A program made the translations under genes and the position numbers. Shown one piece after another: positions 16,884 to 25,935 of a stretch of DNA of 64,000 nt. Source of the stretch: an uncultured Fibrobacteraceae bacterium (GTDB lineage Bacteria; Krumholzibacteriota; Krumholzibacteriia; LZORAL124-64-63); the NCBI GenBank assembly GCA_964461255.1, contig CAYWTR010000006.1:17287-81286 (forward strand). The letters run 5' to 3'. The first letter of the stretch is position 1. Every line of letters begins with the position of its first letter. Under the pieces are notes generated by a model that did no database searches, had not been told where the DNA came from, and was given only the letters and a program-made list of their open reading frames with translations.

Positions 16884-17234
16884 GGCGCCCTCCCAGCCGG
16901 CCGGCCGCCTGCGCGGCGGCGACGGCCCCAGGCGGACACTACCCGCCTGCCCGCATACTAGGGACGGCCCGGCCGGCCGGTCAAGCGACGCCGCGTCGTG
17001 CAGGAAGCGCCGGCGCGCCCGCGCGCCGGCCGATCGTGCAACGCCTCGCCCGCGGCCGCGCAGGTCGGCCTGCGCCGGCGCCTTTCCGATCGCGGCGCAT
17101 TCTTCCTGCCCGCTCCCCAAGCTTCCCCCCGAAACCGGCGAGGGCCGCGCGGTATGGCTCTTTCTAGCGGCGTCGCCCGTCGCGTGGCATCCGCCGTTCT
17201 CGTTCCTGGCCGCCCATGCTGCTGCGGAGGCTGC

Positions 17235-19271
17235 ATGAAACCACCGATCGCCTGGCCTGCCCCGGTCGCCGCCTGCGCGCTGGCCATGATTCTGCTGGCG
17301 GCCGGCTGCAGCCTGGAAAAGCCTGAACTGCCGCGTTTCACCACGACCGTGACCGTACCGCTGGGCACGCATCGGCTGAGCGTCCTCGAACTTCTGGAGG
17401 ATCAGGATTACCTGGCCGTGGACGGCGATTCCCTGCTCGCCTTCCAGGTGGTGGGCGCCGAGGACACCTTCACGGTCGATGCCGACCTCAGCGCCGAGAT
17501 CCAGCCCATCTCGCTCGCGGCCGAACTGGGCGTCTTCTCTCTGGAGGGCGCAACGCCGGTGGCGTTCGAATTCACGCTCGGCGCGCTGCATCCGCCGGCC
17601 GTGTCGCTGCACGGCAGCAGCGTGGCCGTGCCGCCCTTCACCTTCGAGCTTGCCAGCGATCCGGCCGATCTGCCGGACATCAGCCGCGCCGAGGTGGCCA
17701 GCGGACGTCTGGCCTTGACACTGGTCAACGGACTGCCGGTGCCGCTGGGGGGAGACCACCCGCCGGAGCGCGCGCGGGTCGAACTGCTCGATCCCGCGAG
17801 CGGCGCGGTGCTGGCCGCGCTTGACTTCCCCGCCGCGATCCCGCCCGGGGCGCAGGACCGGCGCGAGGCCGACCTGGCCGGCGTGACGCTGCCCGACAGC
17901 ATCGCCGTTCGTCTGCGCGGAGGTTCGCCCGGCGCCGGCGACCCGGTGCCGATCGACAGCGCGGCGACGGTCCAGATCCGCGCCGAGCTGCTGACGTTGT
18001 CGGCGACGGCGGCCGTGGCCGTGGTCGGCCCGCAGACCTTCACGACCGACTCTGATCTGGCGCTGCCAGATTCCTTGCGCCTGATCGAGGCCGAGATCGA
18101 CGGAGGCGAGCTGAGCGTCAGCCTGGCGAGCGATCTGCCGGTGCCCTGCCGCGTGTCCCTGCACATCCCCGCGCTGCGCTCGGCGGACGGCGGGGCGGTG
18201 AGCATCGCCTTCGATCTGTCCCCCGGCGGCCGGGCCGCCGCCACGCTGCCGCTGGCGGACGCGGCCGTGCATTCCCCCGACGGTCGGGCGCTCGCGGCCT
18301 TGACCTGCCGCCTGGAGGCGAGCACCGACGGCAGCGGCGGCCTCGCCGTGCCCCTGTCCGCCGGCGACGGCCTGACCGCCGCCGTCGCCCCGGCCCGCCT
18401 GACCTTCGGCCGCGTCACGGGCGAGATCCCCCGCCGCACGATCGCGCTCGAGCCGCTGGTCGAGACCATCGACCTGCCGGCGGAGCTGACGGGGGTGGCG
18501 CTGACCGCGGCGAGCCTGACCTTGCGCATCGTCTCCCAGGTGGAGATGCCGGCCGCCGTCGCCTTCACCTTGACCGGCCGCTCGGCCGCCGGCGTCGAGC
18601 GCTCCCTGGACGCCCTGATCGACCTGCCGCCCGCCGCCTCCGGCCTGCCTCTCGCCGCCGAGGCCGTGCTCGACCAGGAGAACAGCGACATCGTCGCCTT
18701 CCTGAACAACCTGCCCACGACGATCACGCTGACGGGACAGGTGGCGGTGGGCGGCGAGGGCGTCACCGGCACGGTGGGTCCGGGCGACCGGGCCCACGTC
18801 GGGTGGCGCATCGACGCGCCGCTGCGGGTCGTCATCGAGCAGGCGGTCGTGCGCGCCGATCCCCGCCCCCTCGTGCTGGACGAGCAGCTGCGGCAGCGCC
18901 TGGCCGAGCACCTGGGACAGGCGCGCCTGACCACCCGCATCGTCAACCATCTGCCGTTTCCGGTGGAGATCAGGCTGCTGGCCGGCATCGATCCCGCCAC
19001 CCTGGCGGAAACGCCGCAGCTGGTGGTCGGACCGCTGGGCGCTCCGGCCGGCGCTCTGCACCCGTCGTTGCGCACGGTCAGCGGCGCCGCCCCGTGCGAC
19101 AGCGAGCTGCAGCTGAGCAGCGGCCAGACCAGCGTCCTGACGCTGCCGGGGCTGCACACCGCGGTCGAGATCACCCTGCCCGGCACCGGCGGCCAAGAGG
19201 TGGCGGTCTGCGCGGGCGATTATCTGACCGTGTCCGGCCTCGTCATGCTGGACGTCGAGGTGGGGCGATGA
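17235..19271 (+). CDS. large lipoprotein of unknown function (beta-rich, Ala/Leu/Pro-rich repeats)
   Basis: Start at ATG 17235 (MKPPIAWPAPVAACALAMILLAAGCSLEK; lipobox LAAG-C). 678 aa. No recognisable enzymatic motif. Stop overlaps the next start (ATGA at 19268-19271). Confidence 0.55.
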   Translation: MKPPIAWPAPVAACALAMILLAAGCSLEKPELPRFTTTVTVPLGTHRLSVLELLEDQDYLAVDGDSLLAFQVVGAEDTFTVDADLSAEIQPISLAAELGVFSLEGATPVAFEFTLGALHPPAVSLHGSSVAVPPFTFELASDPADLPDISRAEVASGRLALTLVNGLPVPLGGDHPPERARVELLDPASGAVLAALDFPAAIPPGAQDRREADLAGVTLPDSIAVRLRGGSPGAGDPVPIDSAATVQIRAELLTLSATAAVAVVGPQTFTTDSDLALPDSLRLIEAEIDGGELSVSLASDLPVPCRVSLHIPALRSADGGAVSIAFDLSPGGRAAATLPLADAAVHSPDGRALAALTCRLEASTDGSGGLAVPLSAGDGLTAAVAPARLTFGRVTGEIPRRTIALEPLVETIDLPAELTGVALTAASLTLRIVSQVEMPAAVAFTLTGRSAAGVERSLDALIDLPPAASGLPLAAEAVLDQENSDIVAFLNNLPTTITLTGQVAVGGEGVTGTVGPGDRAHVGWRIDAPLRVVIEQAVVRADPRPLVLDEQLRQRLAEHLGQARLTTRIVNHLPFPVEIRLLAGIDPATLAETPQLVVGPLGAPAGALHPSLRTVSGAAPCDSELQLSSGQTSVLTLPGLHTAVEITLPGTGGQEVAVCAGDYLTVSGLVMLDVEVGR

Positions 19272-20632
19272 ACCCGGCCGGCGGCGTCCGAGCGCCCGCC
19301 GCTCCGGCAGCCGCGGGAGAACAGCGCATGCATAACGCCCGTCCACAAGCGTTCCCAGGCGCCAGCGGCGCGCCGCGCCGCCGCCCTCATCGGCTCGCCC
19401 CGCTCCTGTTGGTGCTGCCGCTCTGGGCGTTGTCGCCGGCGGCGACGGCGCTCGGACAGGGCAGCCCGCGCGCCTGGGGCCTCGCGGGAGCCTACACCGC
19501 CGCCGCCCGCGGGCTCGACGCCGTCGAGTGGAACCCCGCGAACTTGGCTTGCGAGCGGCCCGCCGCCCTGACGCTCGGCCTGTTCTCGGCGGCGGTCGAT
19601 CTGCACAACAACGCCTTCTCGTGGCGGCGCTACAACGAGATCAGCGGCGCCACGCTCGACCAGGCCGACAAGCAGCGCCTGCTGGGCGATGTGCCCGCCG
19701 GCGGTCTGCGCATCGACGCCGACGTGCGCGCCTCGCTGCTGGGGCTGCAGAGCGGCCCGTTCGCCTTGACGGTGCAGGGTCTGGCCCACGGCCACGGCGT
19801 GCTGGCGCGTGGTTTCTTCGACCTGGTGCTGCTGGGCAATCCGGTCGACCACGCCTTCACCTTCGACGGCACCGGCGGCGCCGCGCAGGCGCTGGCCGCC
19901 GCCACCTTCTCGGCCGGCGCGCCGCTGCTCGCCGGCGCCGGCGCACGCCTGTGCGGTGGCGTCAGCCTGCGCTACCTCCACGGCCTCGGCCAGGCCCACG
20001 TCGTCCACGCCGCCGGGCGGCTGCTCACGACGGAGTCGGCGATCGAGGGCGAGGCGGGCGCGGAGCTGCTCACGGCGCGCGGCGGGGCCGGCTGGGGCGC
20101 CGACGTGGCGCTGGCGCTGCAGGCTCCCCGAGGTTGGAATTTCGGTCTGGTGCTCGACAACGCCGCCGGCTGGGTGCGCTGGCACCGGGGGGTCGAGCGC
20201 CGGCTCTGGCGCGCCCGCGCCGACACGCTCAACGCCGGGCAGGCCGATCTCGAGGCGCTGATCGCCACCAGCGATTCCACCGCCGCCGCCGCGCCCTATG
20301 TCACCGAACTGCCGCGCCGCCTGCGGCTGGGCGCCAGCAACCGGCTCGGCGCGCTGCTGTGGGCGATCGACTGGGAGCAGCAGCTGCGCGGGCGCGACGG
20401 CGAGCCGGCCCGCGCCGCGATCAGCGCGGGCTGCGAATGGCGGCTGGCCGGCTGGCTGAGCCCGCGCTGGGGACTGGGCTACGGCGGCAGCCACGGTCCG
20501 ACCGCGGCGGTCGGCCTCGGCCTGCGTCTGGGCCCCTGGTGCATCGACCTGGCGGCGGTCAACCGCGGCCGCGTCTGGCCGGACGACGGCAAGGGGGTGG
20601 CGCTGGCCGCCGGCACCCGCCTGCAGCTCTGA
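19268..20632 (+). CDS. outer-membrane beta-barrel, PorV/PorQ/PorP-like N-terminal signature
   Basis: Signal (LAPLLLVLPLWALSPAATA) then GLAGAYTAAARGLDAVEWNPANLA, which resembles the GxGxAxxAxxDDASAxxWNPAGL signature of the 5928-6860 protein. Gly/Ala-rich alternating strands; C-terminal ...AAGTRLQL. Confidence 0.5.
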   Translation: MNPAGGVRAPAAPAAAGEQRMHNARPQAFPGASGAPRRRPHRLAPLLLVLPLWALSPAATALGQGSPRAWGLAGAYTAAARGLDAVEWNPANLACERPAALTLGLFSAAVDLHNNAFSWRRYNEISGATLDQADKQRLLGDVPAGGLRIDADVRASLLGLQSGPFALTVQGLAHGHGVLARGFFDLVLLGNPVDHAFTFDGTGGAAQALAAATFSAGAPLLAGAGARLCGGVSLRYLHGLGQAHVVHAAGRLLTTESAIEGEAGAELLTARGGAGWGADVALALQAPRGWNFGLVLDNAAGWVRWHRGVERRLWRARADTLNAGQADLEALIATSDSTAAAAPYVTELPRRLRLGASNRLGALLWAIDWEQQLRGRDGEPARAAISAGCEWRLAGWLSPRWGLGYGGSHGPTAAVGLGLRLGPWCIDLAAVNRGRVWPDDGKGVALAAGTRLQL

Positions 20633-20652
20633 GCCGGGAGCGCGCCTTCGCC

Positions 20653-21369
20653 TCACCGCCAGACCAGCTGCAGCTCCCAGGTCTCGGCGAAGGCAGCCGC
20701 CAGCTCGCGCGCCAGCGCCGCCAGGTCGGCCTCCGCCAGTCGGCGCCCCAGCACGCGCTCCAGATCCGTGGTCGTGGCAAGCAGCTCATCCCTCGCCGCG
20801 GGCGGCGCCGCCAGCTCGGCCAGTTCTGCGTGCGCGGGGCCCGTCAGGATCGACCCGTGCTGCAGGAACACGCCCGCCGTGCGCCGCTGCGCCGAGCCGA
20901 TGAGCTTGCGCCCCTGCACCAGGATCTCGTGCTGGCCCGCCGAATGGAAGCAGAGCAGGCCGCGCGCCTGCGCCAGCGACTCGCCCCGCGCGATGTCGGG
21001 ACGCACGCCCAGACGCGCCAGGAACATCGTCAGCGCGCGGTTGATGGCGGCGTAGGTCTCGTGCAGCGTGGCGCCGAACAGCGGCGAGGGGCTGGCGCCG
21101 GCGACGGCGTAGGTCAGCTCCTGCGCGTGCAGGATGGCGCGCCCGCCGGTCGGCCGGCGCACCAGATCGTAGCCGCGCGCGGCCAACGCGGCGGCGTCGA
21201 AGCCGGCGGGGTCCTGGTGGTAGCCCAGGCTGACGGCGGGCGGCGACCAGCGGTACAGTCGCAGCACCGGCCCGTCTGCGGGCCGTTGCGCGGCCAGCAT
21301 GGCGGCGTCTCGCTGCATGTTGACGGCCCCCGGCAGGGGGCCGTCGTCGCTGGCCAGCAAGCGGGACAA
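20653..21369 (-). CDS. lipoate-protein ligase / octanoyltransferase family protein (BPL_LplA_LipB catalytic domain only)
   Basis: 238 aa. ...LRLYRWSPPAVSLGYHQD...RRPTGGRAILHAQELTYAV...GRKLIGSAQRR... are typical LplA/LipM catalytic-domain motifs. Last gene of the gcv operon. Confidence 0.7.
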   Translation of the reverse strand: MSRLLASDDGPLPGAVNMQRDAAMLAAQRPADGPVLRLYRWSPPAVSLGYHQDPAGFDAAALAARGYDLVRRPTGGRAILHAQELTYAVAGASPSPLFGATLHETYAAINRALTMFLARLGVRPDIARGESLAQARGLLCFHSAGQHEILVQGRKLIGSAQRRTAGVFLQHGSILTGPAHAELAELAAPPAARDELLATTTDLERVLGRRLAEADLAALARELAAAFAETWELQLVWR

Positions 21370-21379
21370 GCGCGTCTCC

Positions 21380-22921
21380 CTAGCCGCAGTTGCAGGGCCC
21401 CAGCCAGCTGAGGTCCGGCTGGCGGGCGGCGCGCGCCTCGTCCAGGCGCGCCACCGGCGTCGTGTGCGGCGCGCCGTGCAGCAGCTCGGGATCGCGGGCC
21501 GCCTCCTCCGCGATGCGCCGCAGCGCGGCGACGAAGTGGTCCAGGCTCTCCTTGGGCTCCGACTCGGTCGGCTCGATCATCAGGGCCTCGTCGACGATCA
21601 GCGGGAAGTAGACCGTCGGGGCATGCACGCCGTAGTCGAGCAGACGCTTGGCGATGTCGAGCGTGCGCACGCCGTGCCGTTCCTTCCAGGTCCGGCCCGA
21701 GGCGACGAACTCGTGCAGGCAGCCTTCGGGATGGTCGACCGGCAGCAGCCCGCGCAGCTCCGCCAGCAGATAGTTGGCGTTGAGCACGGCCCTTTCGGCG
21801 ATCCGCGTCAGGCCGTCGCCGCCGTTGCGCAGGATGTAGGCGAGCGCGCGCAGGCAGATCCCGACGTTGCCCAGGTACGAGTGCACCGAGGGGAAGGCCC
21901 CGTCCGGCGGCGTGACCAGGCGGTACCTTCCCTCGGCGCGCTCCAGCCGCGGCGCCGGCAGGTAGGGCGCCAGCTCGGCGGTCACGCAGATCGGCCCCGC
22001 GCCGGGCCCGCCGCCGCCGTGCGGGGTCGAGAAAGTCTTGTGCAGGTTCATGTGCACGACGTCGAAGCCCATGTCGGCCGGACGCGCCTTGCCGAGGATC
22101 GCGTTGAGATTGGCGCCGTCCATGTAGAGGCGCCCGCCGGCCGCGTGCACGACGCGGGCGATCTCCACGATCTCCGTCTCGAACAATCCCAGGGTGTTCG
22201 GGTTGGTGATCATGATGCCCGCGGTGCGCGGCCCCACCGCCGCGCGCAGCCCCTCGAGATCGACCCGCCCGTCCGCCCGCGAGGCGATCGTCAGCGGGCG
22301 CATGCCGACCATGGTCACCGAGGCCGGGTTGGTGCCGTGCGCCGAGTCAGGGATCAGGATCTCGTCCCGCTGCGCGTCGCCGCGCGCCAGGTGGAGAGCG
22401 CGGATGACCAGCATGCCCAGGAACTCGCCCTGCGCTCCGGCCGCGGGGTGCAGGCTGCAGGCGGCGAAGCCGGTGATCTCGCACAGGGCGTCCTCGAGCA
22501 TCGCCAGCGCGGCCAGCAGGCCCTGCACATCCTCGTCGTCCTGCTGCGGGTGCAGCGAGGCGAAGCCGGGCAGCGCGGCGATCTCCTCGTTGAGGCGCGG
22601 GTTGAACTTCATCGTGCAGCTGCCCAGGGGATACATGCCGCGCTCGATGTGGTGGTTCAGGTCAGACAGCAGGGTGAAATGGCGCATCACCTGCGGCTCG
22701 GACAGCGACGGCAGGTCGGGCGGCGCCGCGCGCCTCGCCGCGGCGGGCAGCTCGGCGGCGACCCGCGCGCCGTCCCAGGCGGGGAAGGTGAGCGCGCGTC
22801 TGCCGGGCCGACCCTGGGCGAACAGAGACGGCTGCTGCGGCGCTCCCCAGCGGACCGGGGCGATGTCCGCCTCGGCGCCCGTGGCGGGCGCTCCCGGCGG
22901 GGTCATGGGATCCGGCGACAT
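21380..22921 (-). CDS. gcvPB: glycine dehydrogenase (decarboxylating) subunit 2
   Basis: PLP-lysine region ...NLHKTFSTPHGGGGPG..., N-terminal ...LSEPQVMRHFTLLSDLN.... 513 aa. Confidence 0.9.
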   Translation of the reverse strand: MSPDPMTPPGAPATGAEADIAPVRWGAPQQPSLFAQGRPGRRALTFPAWDGARVAAELPAAARRAAPPDLPSLSEPQVMRHFTLLSDLNHHIERGMYPLGSCTMKFNPRLNEEIAALPGFASLHPQQDDEDVQGLLAALAMLEDALCEITGFAACSLHPAAGAQGEFLGMLVIRALHLARGDAQRDEILIPDSAHGTNPASVTMVGMRPLTIASRADGRVDLEGLRAAVGPRTAGIMITNPNTLGLFETEIVEIARVVHAAGGRLYMDGANLNAILGKARPADMGFDVVHMNLHKTFSTPHGGGGPGAGPICVTAELAPYLPAPRLERAEGRYRLVTPPDGAFPSVHSYLGNVGICLRALAYILRNGGDGLTRIAERAVLNANYLLAELRGLLPVDHPEGCLHEFVASGRTWKERHGVRTLDIAKRLLDYGVHAPTVYFPLIVDEALMIEPTESEPKESLDHFVAALRRIAEEAARDPELLHGAPHTTPVARLDEARAARQPDLSWLGPCNCG

Positions 22922-22962
22922 GCCGTCTTTCTCCTCCGCGGTAGTGTCCAGACGCGGCCGCC

Positions 22963-24309
22963 TCAGGCGGCCAGGAAGTCGCGCAGCGTCTGCGCGTAGA
23001 GTTCGATCTCCGCCGCGGTGCGCTTCTCGGTCACCGCGACCAGCAGATCGCCGTCCGCCGACCCGGCGAAGCCGGCCAGCGGGATGCCGGCCAGCAGGCC
23101 CGCGCGCCGCGCCCAGGCGCGGAAATCGCGCGCCGGCCGCGGCAGGCGCAGGACGAACTCGTTGAACACCGGGCCGGGGTATGGCAGCTCCACGCCCGGC
23201 ACGGCGCGCACCGCCGCGCGCAGGGCCTCGGCCCGCACGCGGTTGGCCTCGCCCAGCTCGCGCAGGCCGTCGGCGCCCAGCAGCGCCAGGTAGACGGTCG
23301 CCCGCAGCGCCATCAGCCCCTGGTTGGTGCAGATGTTAGAGGTCGCCTTCTCGCGTCGGATGTGCTGCTCGCGCGTCTGCAGGGTCAGCACATAGGCCGG
23401 CCGGCCCTCGCGGTCGAGGGTGCGGCCCGCCACCCGTCCCGGCAGGAGCCGCTTCAGGTCTTCGGCGCAGGCGAGAAAGCCGAGCAGGGGGCCGCCGAAG
23501 GAGCAGGGCAGGCCCAGCGGCTGAGCCTCGCCCACCGCCACGGCGGCGCCGTATTCGCCCGGGCTCTTGAGCAGCGACAGCGAAATCGGATTGACGCACG
23601 CCACCACGGCGGCGCCGGCCGCGGCGGCGGCGGCCGCCAGTTCATCGACCGGTTCGATCTGCCCCAGGTAGTTCGGATTCTGGATCACCACCGCGCCCGC
23701 GCCCTGCGCCGCGGCGGCCAGGCCGGCGGCGTCGGTCACCCCCGCGGCCGCCAGCGGCGCGTCGGCGATCTCCATCCCCTCGCCCGCCAGCATGGTCTGC
23801 GCCACGCGGCGGTAGCGCGGGTTGAGGGCGGCCGGCAGCACGACCTTGTGGCGGCGGCGATGCAGCGCCGCCATGCGCACCCCCTCCGCCAGGGCAGTGG
23901 CGCCGTCGTACATACTCGCGTTGGCCACCGGCAGGCCCGTCAAGCGGCAGACGAATGTCTGCCACTCGTAGATGACCTGCAGCGTGCCCTGCGACACCTC
24001 CGGCTGGTACGGCGTGTAGGCGGTCATGAACTCGCTGCGGCCGGCCAGAGCGGCGATGGCCGCCGGCACGATGCTGTCGTAGACGCCGCCGCCCAGGAAG
24101 GAGACCAGTTGATCCTGGCCGTGATTGCGCGCCGCCAGGCCTTGCAGAAGCCGGCGCACCTCTTCCTCGCTCTTGGTGGGCGGCAGGTCCAGCGGCCGGC
24201 GCAGCCGCGCCTCGGCCGGAATGGTGCGGAACAGCTCTTCGACGTCGGCCACGCCGATGCGTTCGAGCATGGCGGCGATGTCCGCCTGGGTGTGCGGGGT
24301 GTAGGGCAT
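22963..24309 (-). CDS. gcvPA: glycine dehydrogenase (decarboxylating) subunit 1
   Basis: ...TAYTPYQPEVSQGTLQVIYEWQTFVCRLTG... is the GcvPA signature. 448 aa. Confidence 0.9.
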   Translation of the reverse strand: MPYTPHTQADIAAMLERIGVADVEELFRTIPAEARLRRPLDLPPTKSEEEVRRLLQGLAARNHGQDQLVSFLGGGVYDSIVPAAIAALAGRSEFMTAYTPYQPEVSQGTLQVIYEWQTFVCRLTGLPVANASMYDGATALAEGVRMAALHRRRHKVVLPAALNPRYRRVAQTMLAGEGMEIADAPLAAAGVTDAAGLAAAAQGAGAVVIQNPNYLGQIEPVDELAAAAAAAGAAVVACVNPISLSLLKSPGEYGAAVAVGEAQPLGLPCSFGGPLLGFLACAEDLKRLLPGRVAGRTLDREGRPAYVLTLQTREQHIRREKATSNICTNQGLMALRATVYLALLGADGLRELGEANRVRAEALRAAVRAVPGVELPYPGPVFNEFVLRLPRPARDFRAWARRAGLLAGIPLAGFAGSADGDLLVAVTEKRTAAEIELYAQTLRDFLAA

Positions 24310-24316
24310 CGCCGGC

Positions 24317-24694
24317 TCACCCTTCCAGCAGCTTGGCGTAGGCGTCCGCCGACAGCAGGGCGCCGAGTTCGCCGGGGTCGCTCAGGCGCAGCTTCACCAG
24401 CCAGCCGGCCTCCAGCGGATCGTTGTTGACCATTTCGGGCTTGTCCAGCGCCGCCTGGTTGACCGCCACCACCTCGCCGGACACCGGCGCGAAGAGGTCC
24501 TCCACCGCCTTGACCGTCTCGATGGTGCCGATGGCGTCCCCCGCCCCCACCTGGGCGCCGACCTCGGGCAGATCGAGGAAGACGACATCGCCCAGTTCGG
24601 AGGCTGCGTGCTCGGTGACGCCGATGGTGCCGACGCCTCCCTCCGCCTTGACCCACTCGTGCTGCTCGGTGTACTTCCGATCGTCGGCGACCAT
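24317..24694 (-). CDS. gcvH: glycine cleavage system H protein
   Basis: C-terminal 125 codons of the listed 503-aa ORF from ATG 24694 (MVADDRKYTEQHEWVK...). Lipoyl-lysine motif ...IETVKAVEDLFAPVSGEV... Confidence 0.9.
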   Translation of the reverse strand: MVADDRKYTEQHEWVKAEGGVGTIGVTEHAASELGDVVFLDLPEVGAQVGAGDAIGTIETVKAVEDLFAPVSGEVVAVNQAALDKPEMVNNDPLEAGWLVKLRLSDPGELGALLSADAYAKLLEG

Positions 24695-24696
24695 CC

Positions 24697-25878
24697 TCAC
24701 GCCTCCTGTGCGGGGGGTGCGGGGGTTCGGGCGGCGCGCGGGTCGCCCTTGACCCGGGCCGCCAGGAAGGGGTAGGGCACGACGGCGAAGGGGAACCGCC
24801 TGCCGCGCACCTCGACCTCCAGCGGCTGCGGCGGCAGCGGCGCGTCGAGCAGCGCCAGCGCCAGGGACCGCTGCAAGGTCGGGCTGTAGGCGCCGCTGGT
24901 GACCCGGCCGATGGTGCGCCCGGCGGCCATGATCGGCGCGCCCTGGCGGGCGATCGTGCGCCCGGCCACCTCGCCGCCGACCAGCCGCCGCGGCACGCCC
25001 GCAGCCTGCTGGGCCAGCAGCGCGTCGCGGCCGATGAAGGCCGGCTTCTTCAGCTTGACCGCCCAACCGATGCCGGCCTCGAGCGGCGAGATGTCCTCGG
25101 CGAGCTCGTGCCCGTAGAGACAGTAGCCAGGCTCGAAGCGCAGCGTGTCGCGCGCCGCCAGGCCGACCGGCAGCACGCCGTGATCGGCGCCCAGCGCCAG
25201 CAGCTCCTCCCACACGGCGGGCGCGTCCTCGTTGGGCAGGTAGATCTCGTACCCGCGCTCGCCGGTGTACCCGGTGCGCGAGACGATCCAGCGCCCGCGC
25301 GGGCCGTCCAGCGCCGCCGCGGTGTAGAACTCCAGCGCCGCCAGCCGCTCGCGGTGCGGCGCCAGAGCTTCCAGGCGCGATGTCAGCTCCCAGGATTCCG
25401 GGCCCTGCGCGGCGATCAACGCGGTGCGGTCGCTGGCATCGTCCAGCGCGATCCCCGCGACGCCGGCGGCGTGCTCCCGCAACCAGGCGGCGATCTTGTC
25501 GTGGTTGGCGGCGTTGCAGACCACCAGCCACTCGCCGGCCGCGAGCCGATAGACCAGCATGTCGTCGAGCACGCCGCCGTCGGGCCGGCACATGGCGGTG
25601 TAGACGACCTTGCCGTCGGGGTTCCCCTCCAGGCGGTTGGTCACCAGGCCCTCCAGCCAGGCGCCCGCCGCCGGTCCGGCGACGTAGATCTCCCCCATGT
25701 GCGTGATGTCGAAGATGCCGGCGCGCTCGCGCACCGCGGCGTGCTCGGCCAGCACGCCAGTCCCGTACTGGACCGGCATCTCGTAGCCTGCGAACGGCAC
25801 CAGCTTGCCGCCGTGCGCCGCGTGCCACGCGTGCAGGGGTGTGCGCTTGAGCGCACGCGCCGAAGCCTCATGGTCCAT
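24697..25878 (-). CDS. gcvT: aminomethyltransferase (glycine cleavage T protein)
   Basis: ...TPLHAWHAAHGGKLVPFAGYEMPVQY...FDITHMGE...SRTGYTGERGYEIYLP... are GcvT signatures. Confidence 0.9.
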   Translation of the reverse strand: MDHEASARALKRTPLHAWHAAHGGKLVPFAGYEMPVQYGTGVLAEHAAVRERAGIFDITHMGEIYVAGPAAGAWLEGLVTNRLEGNPDGKVVYTAMCRPDGGVLDDMLVYRLAAGEWLVVCNAANHDKIAAWLREHAAGVAGIALDDASDRTALIAAQGPESWELTSRLEALAPHRERLAALEFYTAAALDGPRGRWIVSRTGYTGERGYEIYLPNEDAPAVWEELLALGADHGVLPVGLAARDTLRFEPGYCLYGHELAEDISPLEAGIGWAVKLKKPAFIGRDALLAQQAAGVPRRLVGGEVAGRTIARQGAPIMAAGRTIGRVTSGAYSPTLQRSLALALLDAPLPPQPLEVEVRGRRFPFAVVPYPFLAARVKGDPRAARTPAPPAQEA

Positions 25879-25935
25879 CGCGCGCTCCCTTCCGGAAGCG
25901 AACCGGCGCCGCGGCCGGCGGCCTCCGCCGCAAAT

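Noticed and set aside
25879-25935. Looked for a glycine riboswitch upstream of gcvT
   Set aside because: The gap is only 57 nt and lacks the conserved tandem aptamer features. No candidate was seen by eye.
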